From NCBI GenBank assembly GCA_040752415.1, contig JBFMGU010000327.1, forward strand, positions 1 to 10,676: 10,676 nucleotides of DNA. Reading direction: 5' to 3'. The notes beneath the pieces were generated by a model, which had not been told where the DNA came from, made no database searches, and saw only the letters and a list, made by a program, of their open reading frames with translations. Positions 1 to 5,886 of this stretch are shown piece after piece. Each line of letters starts with the position of its first letter. Position 1 is the first letter of the stretch. This stretch comes from Myxococcota bacterium (GTDB taxonomy: Bacteria; Myxococcota; JACRCW01). Both the position numbers and the translations under genes were made by a program.

Positions 1-145
1 CGGCGGGCTGGGCAGCAGGTTGCGCGGTGGCCGGCTGTGCCGCGGGAGGCACCACCGTGGCCGGCGCGCCCGCCGGCGCCTTGCCGGCCGCCAACGTCAC
101 GGCGGGAAATGCCAATGCAATCAACAACAGGATCGACCGCTTCAT
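1..145 (-). CDS. Secreted Ala/Pro/Gln-rich protein, N-terminal part only (runs off the left edge)
   Basis: Not in the ORF track. The minus-strand ATG at 145 is preceded by an RBS GGAGAGG (complement of cctctcc, 151-157). It translates as MKRSILLLIALAFPAVTLAAGKAPAGAPATVVPPAAQPATAQPAAQPA..., a Sec-type signal peptide followed by a low-complexity linker, open to the window edge. Confidence 0.8.
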   Translation of the reverse strand, partial: MKRSILLLIALAFPAVTLAAGKAPAGAPATVVPPAAQPATAQPAAQPA

Positions 146-333
146 GATTGCCTCTCCATCTTGCGTCACTCAGGACGGTTGAGGGGACCTGTGCGTGCCC
201 CGTTCGGTTGGGGTCTACCACCGTCTCGAGCTCGCAGGACGCCATCCTTCGCCGCGACGTGGCCGATTCCTCCGCGATGGCGGCGAATCCGATCACCATT
301 GCGGCGCCGCGACCCTTTGCATCGACTCTTGTC

Positions 334-363
334 GCAATCTGCAATTCACCATTCGCATTTTGC
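334..363. promoter_or_regulatory. Paired GCA-N3-TGC palindromic sites, putative activator (enhancer) sites
   Basis: GCAATCTGC (334-342) and GCATTTTGC (355-363), starts 21 bp apart. Confidence 0.55.
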
Positions 364-461
364 CGCAGCCCGGAATTCCACATGTCGGAGCTGGGATTAC
401 GCTGTGGTTTCGTGTTCGGGCGTTCGCGTCGACCCGCGGGTTCGTCTGGGGGCCACGGTTC

Positions 462-492
462 GCAAAGTGCAAAAAACGACGTTGCAGATTGC
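462..492. promoter_or_regulatory. Paired GCA-N3-TGC palindromic sites, putative activator (enhancer) sites
   Basis: GCAAAGTGC (462-470) and GCAGATTGC (484-492), starts 22 bp apart, with an A-tract between them. 482-492 is the exact reverse complement of 334-344. Confidence 0.55.
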
Positions 493-511
493 CAGTGGGT
501 ATGGCTCTCTT

Positions 512-754
512 GAAACGACGATCTTGGCTCCCGCCAATGAGATTGGCAGGCAATGTCATGCTGACGTCCTGCTCACCGCTCGACGGGCGGACGCACCTCG
601 CAGGACTGACTGTGGGAGCATCCAGCCGCCCCGGAGCCGCAGGTCATCCTTCCCGGGTCAGTCCTGCGCCGCTGTGACGCGGCCCATGGTGAGCAGGACG
701 TAGGCATTTTCATTGCCTGCCAATCTCATTGGCGGGAGCCAAGAGCGTCGTTTC
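512..754. repeat. Long imperfect inverted repeat (degenerate palindrome) centred at 632/633; weaker similarity extends to about 483-782
   Basis: 512-555 vs 711-754 are complementary at 43 of 44 positions. 564-577 vs 688-701 match 14/14 and 599-610 vs 657-668 match 12/12. The central CCGG (631-634) has partly paired flanks. Confidence 0.95.
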
Positions 755-816
755 CGGAAATCCACACCCAATGCAATGCGCACAGCCCTGACCTCCCCGG
801 TGATGCCCCTCCCGCT

Positions 817-832
817 TTGCACATCCTTTGCA
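817..832 (+). promoter_or_regulatory. Sigma54-like -24/-12 element, variant with TTGCAC
   Basis: TTGCACA-TCCT-TTGCA against the consensus TGGCACG-N4-TTGCW. Spacing is correct but the -24 GG is TG. It ends 13 bp before the ATG at 846. Confidence 0.35.
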
Positions 833-845
833 CCCCGGACCGGGG

Positions 846-1331
846 ATGGCCTCACGCAACGGAAACATCCGCGCGCCCTCCAAGCGCTCCAGGATCCTGC
901 TCGCCGCCACGGTTCTCCTCGTCACGGCTTCCGCCGTCGGTCTGGGCGCGGGAAGGATGCGGACGTCCAGGGTGAACGCACATTCCCCCTCCGCGCCGAC
1001 GCCCGCGGAGTGCATGGACCACCAGAAGAACGGGCAGGAAACCGACACGGATTGCGGCGGACCGGCATGCCCGCGGTGCGCTGCGAGTCGCGTGTGCGTG
1101 CGGGATGGGGACTGCGCCAGCAGCGTGTGCATTCACGCGCAGTGTCGTGAGCCCTCCTGCACTGACGGCGTGCGCAACGGCATGGAAACCGACGTCGACT
1201 GCGGCGGCGGATTGCCGTGTCCCGGCTGCGTCGAGGGACGTCGGTGCGAGGGTGACCATGACTGCGCAAGCGGCACCTGCGGGTCCTGGCTGCAGGGGTT
1301 GACGTCGGAGGGGCCGGCCACATGCCGCTAG
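846..1331 (+). CDS. Membrane-anchored or secreted Cys-rich protein with two ETDxDCGG repeats
   Basis: The N-terminus has a basic stretch then a hydrophobic segment (ILLAATVLLVTASAVGLGAG). Two ~49-aa repeats follow, with pattern CxDxxxNGxETDxDCGG..CPxC....C..DxDCASxxC and 16 Cys in total. The start at ATG 846 is inferred. Confidence 0.85.
   Translation: MASRNGNIRAPSKRSRILLAATVLLVTASAVGLGAGRMRTSRVNAHSPSAPTPAECMDHQKNGQETDTDCGGPACPRCAASRVCVRDGDCASSVCIHAQCREPSCTDGVRNGMETDVDCGGGLPCPGCVEGRRCEGDHDCASGTCGSWLQGLTSEGPATCR
1011..1325 (+). repeat. Two tandem Cys-rich coding repeats, period 147 nt
   Basis: CMDHQKNGQETDTDCGG starts at 1011 and CTDGVRNGMETDVDCGG at 1158. Each unit has 8 Cys. Confidence 0.85.
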
Positions 1332-1711
1332 GGCCTGCCGCCTCCCTGACATCGAGGAAGCCTGGCAACCTCACGGCGCCAATCCCGCGTGGTGCGCCCC
1401 TTCAGCTTGAGCACGTAGAACCGCCCCTCGCTGCGCAGCAGGACGCTGGCCGCGCCAATGGAGAACACCTCGAGCCGTCCGCCGATCTTCTCGCCGAGGC
1501 GGTAGACGCGGGATTGGTTCATGCCGTTGCCCCACCGGACCACCACGTGCGAACCGCGCTGGAAATCCACGGCCACCCCGACGAGCTGGTAGTGATTCTC
1601 GGGCAGCTCCGACACCTGGTTCACGTCGTCGCCGGGCTTCAGGCACACCGGCGGCGCCGGGGCCGCGGTGGCCCCCACGAGCATGAGGGTGAGGGCAACC
1701 ATCCCGGTCAT
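1328..1711 (-). CDS. Small exported protein with a T2SS GspC HR-domain / PilP-like domain
   Basis: ATG 1711 has GGAG upstream, then a signal-like MTGMVALTLMLVGATAAPA. The segment YQLVGVAVDFQRGSHVVVRWGNGMNQSRVYRLGEKIGGRLEVFSIGAASVLLRSEGRFYVLKL follows the GspC-HR pattern LxLxGv...A.I...Q..Y..Ge.I.G...l..I....V.l...Gr...L.L. Its stop overlaps that of the convergent Cys-rich gene (CTAG, 1328-1331). Confidence 0.7.
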   Translation of the reverse strand: MTGMVALTLMLVGATAAPAPPVCLKPGDDVNQVSELPENHYQLVGVAVDFQRGSHVVVRWGNGMNQSRVYRLGEKIGGRLEVFSIGAASVLLRSEGRFYVLKLKGRTTRDWRREVARLPRCQGGGRP

Positions 1712-1759
1712 TCGTTCGCGGCTCCGCTGAAGCACAGGGGTGTGCTGCCGCCACCCGCA

Positions 1760-1776
1760 CGCAATTCGCGTGCAAG
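1760..1776 (-). promoter_or_regulatory. Sigma54-like -24/-12 element, variant with TTGCACG, for the 1711-1328 gene
   Basis: The minus strand reads CTTGCACG-CGAA-TTGCG, matching CTGGCACG-N4-TTGC except for G to T in the -24 GG. It overlaps the palindrome GCACGC-aattc-GCGTGC (1757-1773). Confidence 0.4.
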
Positions 1777-1819
1777 GTCCAGAAGCCGTTGCTACGGCGC
1801 GCCTGGCCGCGTCCCGTGG

Positions 1820-1849
1820 GCACAATGCAATTCCAACATGGCAGGATGC
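1820..1849. promoter_or_regulatory. Paired GCA-N3-TGC sites in the divergent region upstream of the kinase
   Basis: GCACAATGC (1820-1828) and GCAGGATGC (1841-1849), starts 21 bp apart. Confidence 0.55.
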
Positions 1850-1863
1850 CAACCCAGGCAATC

Positions 1864-3987
1864 ATGACCCGGTGGACGTTCTCCGCACTGACGTTGATGT
1901 TGCTGCTCCTGGCAGCGGTGCTCTCCGTTGCCGTGGACGTCCGCCGTCGTGACCGGGAGCGCCTGCTCAAGGAGTTTGCCGACAACCGGCTGGGTCAGGT
2001 GAAGCAGGCCGCCCAGATCATGGAGAACGACCTCGAGGGAATCGCCAAGGACCTGGAGGTGATGGGAGAGCTCGTGGAGACGTCGCGCACCCTGGAGGAC
2101 CGCGGCCGTGAGCTTCGGGCCATGCTCAACGTCTCCCGCGCCTACCATCGGATTGACGTCCAGGGTGAACGAGGCCCACTGCTGCGCGTCGAGCGCGACG
2201 GTCCCGCGCCGTCCCATGCCACGGTGGACGAGCTGATCCTCCACACCATGAAAAGCGCGGTGGCCAACCCGCGGGTGCCCGTCCAGACCACGCCGCCCAT
2301 TGCCACGGGAGATGGGCGCTGGTCGCGGGTGTTCGCCAAGGCGGTGGCGCTCCAGCATGGCGGCCCTCGCGTTGGCGCGGTGGCGGTTCTCGTCGACACC
2401 GAGCCGTTGTTCGGCAAGCTGCGGCTGGTGGCCTCGGATTCCAGCTCCCGGCTCCTGCTGCTGGGCGTGCATGGCCAGCCCACCCCGGTGAGCGATCCGG
2501 TGGTTGCCATGGTGGTCTCCACGCGGGCCGAGGAAACGCCTCGGATGGCCGCCGTGGCGGACGCCATGCGCGCGGGCCAGAGCGGAACCACCGTGCTTCC
2601 GTCGTCGGAAGCCACCCTGCTGGGCCTGGGCGACGAGCCCGTGGTGGTGGCCCATGCCTCCGTGAACGTGGGCGACAAACACTGGGCCATTGCCACACTC
2701 AACAGCACTGGCGCGCTGGCGGAGCAGGAGCGCACCATCACCACCCGCATCGTCCTGACCGCGGGGGCCGTCGGGCTGTGCCTCGTTGCGTTCGCCATCT
2801 ACCTGTTCGTGTCGTCGCGAAGGGCCCTCGTGGTCCGGGAACGGCTCCGGCACGCGGAACAACTGGCCCACCTCCTGGAGAAGACGGAGAAGATCCTGGA
2901 CACCATTCCCACCGGCGTGCTCGTCCTGGGGGCCACCGGCGTGGTGACGTCGGCAAACCGCGTCATCCGGGAGAACCTCAAGACCCAGAACATCCACGGA
3001 ACGCTGGACCAGGTATTCCCGGATGCACCGCCCACGTTGATGGACCGCCTGCGGTCCCTGGTGGAGGCCGCGGTGAGCTCGGACCGCGTGCGCAGCTTCC
3101 ACGGGGAGCGCATGTCGCTGTTCGGGCACGAGGGTCAGTACAGCATCCACGCCGTTCCCCTGGAGCCGCGTTTCCCGGGAGCCCGCGCACTGCTCGTCAT
3201 TGAGGACCTCAGTGAGGTGCGCTCGCTCGCCAGCCAGCTGTTGCGCGCCGAGAAGCTGGCCACGGTGGGCGTGCTTGCCGCGGGCGTGGCACATGAAATC
3301 GGGACGCCGCTCGGCATTGTCCGCGGGCGCGCGCAGAACACGCTGAAGCGACTCGGCGGTGATCACCCGCAGGCGCCCGCGCTGCGAATCATCGTGGAGC
3401 AGATTGACGCCGTCAGCCGCACCATCCGGCAGCTCCTCGACTTCTCCCGGGTGCGCCCGGCCCTCGCCGCGCCGATGCACATTGCGCAGGTGGTGCGTGG
3501 TGTCGCGGAGCTGCTCCAGCTCGAGGCGGAACGACGGAAGGTGGTGCTCAAGGTGGACGTCTCCGACGCGCTGCCGGTGATCGCCGGCGACGCCGACCAG
3601 GTCCAGCAGATGCTGGTCAATCTCACCATGAACGCCTTGGATGCGTGCCAGCCCGGCGGCAAGGTGCGGATCTCCGCCCAGGCCGACGAGCGTCGCGACG
3701 AGGCAGGCTGGAGCCACCTCCGCATCATGGTTGTCGACAATGGCTGCGGTGTTCCGGAGAATCTCCGCGCCCAGGTGTTCGACCCGTTCTTCACGACGAA
3801 GAAGCGGGGACAGGGCACCGGCCTGGGGCTGACCATCGCGGCGCAGATCGTGAGGAATCACGGCGGACAGATTGAGCTGGACAGCACGCTGGGACACGGC
3901 ACCACCGTGACGGTGCGCTGGCCCACCAAAGAGCATGAAGGGATGCAGCATGACGGCCACACCGCAAGCGCGACTGCTGATCATTGA
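1864..3987 (+). CDS. Membrane sensor histidine kinase (TM, extracytoplasmic sensor, TM, PAS, HisKA, HATPase), NtrB/ZraS type
   Basis: Two TM segments (WTFSALTLMLLLLAAVLSVAV and IVLTAGAVGLCLVAFAIYLFV) and a PAS-like ILDTIPTGVLVL...SANR. The H-box is LAAGVAHEIGTPL, N-box QMLVNLTMNALDA, G1 VVDNGCGV, F-box FDPFFTTK and G2 GTGLGL. The start may instead be 1846. Confidence 0.95.
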   Translation: MTRWTFSALTLMLLLLAAVLSVAVDVRRRDRERLLKEFADNRLGQVKQAAQIMENDLEGIAKDLEVMGELVETSRTLEDRGRELRAMLNVSRAYHRIDVQGERGPLLRVERDGPAPSHATVDELILHTMKSAVANPRVPVQTTPPIATGDGRWSRVFAKAVALQHGGPRVGAVAVLVDTEPLFGKLRLVASDSSSRLLLLGVHGQPTPVSDPVVAMVVSTRAEETPRMAAVADAMRAGQSGTTVLPSSEATLLGLGDEPVVVAHASVNVGDKHWAIATLNSTGALAEQERTITTRIVLTAGAVGLCLVAFAIYLFVSSRRALVVRERLRHAEQLAHLLEKTEKILDTIPTGVLVLGATGVVTSANRVIRENLKTQNIHGTLDQVFPDAPPTLMDRLRSLVEAAVSSDRVRSFHGERMSLFGHEGQYSIHAVPLEPRFPGARALLVIEDLSEVRSLASQLLRAEKLATVGVLAAGVAHEIGTPLGIVRGRAQNTLKRLGGDHPQAPALRIIVEQIDAVSRTIRQLLDFSRVRPALAAPMHIAQVVRGVAELLQLEAERRKVVLKVDVSDALPVIAGDADQVQQMLVNLTMNALDACQPGGKVRISAQADERRDEAGWSHLRIMVVDNGCGVPENLRAQVFDPFFTTKKRGQGTGLGLTIAAQIVRNHGGQIELDSTLGHGTTVTVRWPTKEHEGMQHDGHTASATADH

Positions 3988-5314
3988 CGATCACATCGAG
4001 ATGGCCCGGACCATGAGTGAGAATCTCTCCGACGCCGGCTTCTCCGTCGACGTGGCGGGCGGGGGCCAGGAGGCGCTGGGCATGTTGGAGGCGCGTCCCT
4101 ATGACGTCGTCATCAGTGACCTGCGCATGGAGGGCGTGGACGGCATGGACGTGCTCAAGGCGGTGAAGTCGGTGGACCCCACCGTTCCCGTGCTCATCAT
4201 GACGGCCTTCGGCTCCGTCGAGAACGCGGTGGAGGCCATGCGCGCTGGCGCCTTCCACTACGTCACCAAGCCCTTCAACCTGGATGAGGTGCAGCTGCTC
4301 GTCGAGCGCGCCGCCGCCGACCGGCGCCTGCGCGAGGAGAACAACCAGCTCCGCAGGATGATGGAGGGGACCGCGGAGGGGCAGATGGTGGGAACCAGCC
4401 AGGCCATCCGTCGGCTGCAGAGCCTGGTGGACCGCGTGGCGCTGTCCCACGCTCCCGTGCTCATCCGCGGTGAGACGGGGTCCGGCAAGGAGCTGGTGGC
4501 ACGCGCGCTCCATTCCCGCAGCCCACGACGTGACCAGCCCTTCATCAGCGTGAACTGCACCGCCATTCCGGAGCAGCTCCTGGAGAGTGAGCTCTACGGC
4601 CACGTGAAGGGTGCCTATACCGGCGCAACCTCCTCGCGACGTGGCCTGTTCGTCGAGGCGGACGGCGGGACGTTGTTCCTCGACGAGATTGGCGACATGG
4701 CGCCCGCGCTGCAGACCCGCCTGCTCCGCGTCCTCGAGGACGGCGAGGTGCGACCGGTGGGCGCGGATTCCCCGCGGAAGGTGAACGTGCGCGTCCTGGC
4801 CGCAACCCACCGCGACCTGGAGCAGCTCGCGCGGCAGGGCCGGTTCCGTGAAGACCTCTTCTTCCGGCTCAATGTGGTTCCCATCCACGTCCCCCCGCTG
4901 CGGGAACGTCGTGAGGACATTGCCGCGCTGGCGCAGCACTTCCTGGCCAGGGCGCGTGCCCGCAACCCGGAGTCACCGGTCACTTCACTATCCGCCCGGC
5001 TCCTGCAGCGACTCAGCGAGTACCACTGGCCGGGCAATGTCCGGGAGCTTGAGAACCTCGTCGAGCGGCTGGTGATCATCTCCACCGAGGCAACGGTGGA
5101 CTCCGCGGATCTGCTGACGCCCGAGCTGGGGGGACCGCCCTTCTTCCTCAAGGAGGCGCTCGAGCGCGTGGTGCCCCTCCGTCGTCTCGAGGCGGAGTAC
5201 ATCACCTGGGCCATCCAACAATGTGAAGGCAACAAGCGCCGGGCGGCGGAATTGCTGGAGGTCGACGTGTCAACCATCTACCGGCGCGAGCGTGACCGCG
5301 ACGGTTCGCGTTAG
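3950..5314 (+). CDS. NtrC-family sigma54-dependent response regulator (REC, AAA+, Fis HTH)
   Basis: [27 protein letters not shown]. Walker [24 protein letters not shown], Walker [28 protein letters not shown] and [23 protein letters not shown]. It overlaps the 3' end of the kinase by 38 bp. RBS-like GAAGGGA precedes ATG 3950 (alternative start 3935). Confidence 0.97.
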   Translation: MTATPQARLLIIDDHIEMARTMSENLSDAGFSVDVAGGGQEALGMLEARPYDVVISDLRMEGVDGMDVLKAVKSVDPTVPVLIMTAFGSVENAVEAMRAGAFHYVTKPFNLDEVQLLVERAAADRRLREENNQLRRMMEGTAEGQMVGTSQAIRRLQSLVDRVALSHAPVLIRGETGSGKELVARALHSRSPRRDQPFISVNCTAIPEQLLESELYGHVKGAYTGATSSRRGLFVEADGGTLFLDEIGDMAPALQTRLLRVLEDGEVRPVGADSPRKVNVRVLAATHRDLEQLARQGRFREDLFFRLNVVPIHVPPLRERREDIAALAQHFLARARARNPESPVTSLSARLLQRLSEYHWPGNVRELENLVERLVIISTEATVDSADLLTPELGGPPFFLKEALERVVPLRRLEAEYITWAIQQCEGNKRRAAELLEVDVSTIYRRERDRDGSR

Positions 5315-5328
5315 TCCTGTCGGGGATT

Positions 5329-5363
5329 GCATTTTGCCATTCGCCGAGCCGGCGCCAGTTTGC
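5329..5363. promoter_or_regulatory. GCA-N3-TGC site plus a degenerate partner upstream of a sigma54 promoter
   Basis: GCATTTTGC (5329-5337) is identical to 355-363. CCAGTTTGC (5355-5363) has one mismatch to the motif. Confidence 0.5.
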
Positions 5364-5384
5364 ATCCCGCCCGGTGAAATCGGT

Positions 5385-5400
5385 CGGCACATCAATTGCT
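5385..5400 (+). promoter_or_regulatory. Sigma54 -24/-12 promoter
   Basis: CGGCACA-TCAA-TTGCT, with GG (5386-5387), N10 and GC (5398-5399). A close match to TGGCACG-N4-TTGCW. Confidence 0.7.
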
Positions 5401-5412
5401 GACCACCCGGAC

Positions 5413-5856
5413 ATGCGCAAACCCGTCTACCTGCCAAGCCGCAAGGGCCGGGTGTTGAAGATCGGCGACAGCGACCCGGCGTTGGATCAACTCCTCGCGG
5501 ATGAGCTCGTCGACGCGTGGGATGTGGTCCTGGAGGATGCGGCCCCTGACGTGGTCCTGGCGGTGGTCGGCCGCTTTGGCATTGAGGAATGCATCCGGTC
5601 GGCGCGTCAACGTGTCCCCTTCAAGGGCGTCGTCGCGTTGATCCCCTTCTCGGATCACGGAATGCAGCGCGAGGCCATCCGGGGCGGCGCGGATGCCGTC
5701 TTCGAGCTCGATCAATCGCTGGCCGGCCTCGCCGACGTTCTTGCAGGCGTGATGCGGGGGGAGAGCCTGCAGGATGGCTTGGTTGTCGACGACGCGGAGC
5801 GTACGCGGGGTGCGCTTGCCCCGGTGCTTCCCTTCCGGCCGCGAGGGAAACGGTGA
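5413..5856 (+). CDS. Stand-alone degenerate receiver-like (pseudo-REC) protein
   Basis: RVLKIGDSDPAL...APDVVLAVV...VVALIPFSD...REAIRGGADAVF...LADVLAGVMRGE follows the NarL-like REC pattern (PDVVLLD; EALRAGADGYLLK; L..AIR.V.RGE) without the phosphoacceptor Asp or the conserved Lys. The start is placed downstream of the sigma54 promoter. Confidence 0.65.
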   Translation: MRKPVYLPSRKGRVLKIGDSDPALDQLLADELVDAWDVVLEDAAPDVVLAVVGRFGIEECIRSARQRVPFKGVVALIPFSDHGMQREAIRGGADAVFELDQSLAGLADVLAGVMRGESLQDGLVVDDAERTRGALAPVLPFRPRGKR

Positions 5857-5886
5857 TGCGACAGTGCGGACAGCATCCCTGCGACC

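Noticed and set aside
229..244. Minus-strand TGGCGTCCTGCGAGCT as a sigma54 promoter for the gene starting at 145
   Set aside because: It has GG-N10-GC spacing but lacks the CAC and the TT before GC, which is too weak in GC-rich DNA.
20..703. Plus-strand ORFs 20-703, 148-513 and 195-677
   Set aside because: They have Arg/Ser-rich, non-protein-like composition and no RBS. 20-703 also overlaps the better-supported minus-strand gene starting at 145.
649..741. Cloverleaf ending in CCA read as a true tRNA, or the unit read as a hammerhead or known riboswitch
   Set aside because: There is no TTC T-loop or D-loop GG, the acceptor-like stem is only 4-6 bp and the arm sizes are wrong. There is no CUGANGA core in register with GAAA, and no riboswitch consensus I can recognise.
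512..754. Inverted repeat read as a CRISPR array, integron attC, retron msr-msd, IS/MITE ends or an invertible switch
   Set aside because: There are only two copies and they are inverted. I see no RYYYAAC/GTTRRRY ends, no target-site duplication, and no cas, RT, transposase or recombinase gene in the window. The interior is itself palindromic, so inversion would change little.
293..1150. Two outward-reading ORFs sharing LPANLIGGSQ(D/E)RRF (293-559 minus, 713-1150 plus)
   Set aside because: The shared peptide follows directly from the DNA inverted repeat. The downstream parts are unrelated, and they overlap putative regulatory sites or the Cys-rich gene. A short peptide cannot be fully excluded.
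1792..3984. 730-aa minus-strand ORF, and similar long antisense ORFs (3791-4939, 7082-8680, 9399-10526)
   Set aside because: These are shadow ORFs opposite well-supported genes, expected in high-GC DNA, and show no recognisable motifs.
5350..5364. CGGCGCCAGTTTGCA as a second sigma54 promoter
   Set aside because: The GG-to-GC spacing is 9 rather than 10. It fits better as a degenerate GCA-N3-TGC site.
5857..5886. Intrinsic terminators between convergent genes (here, at 1328-1331 and at 9523-9539)
   Set aside because: No hairpin followed by a U-tract is visible.
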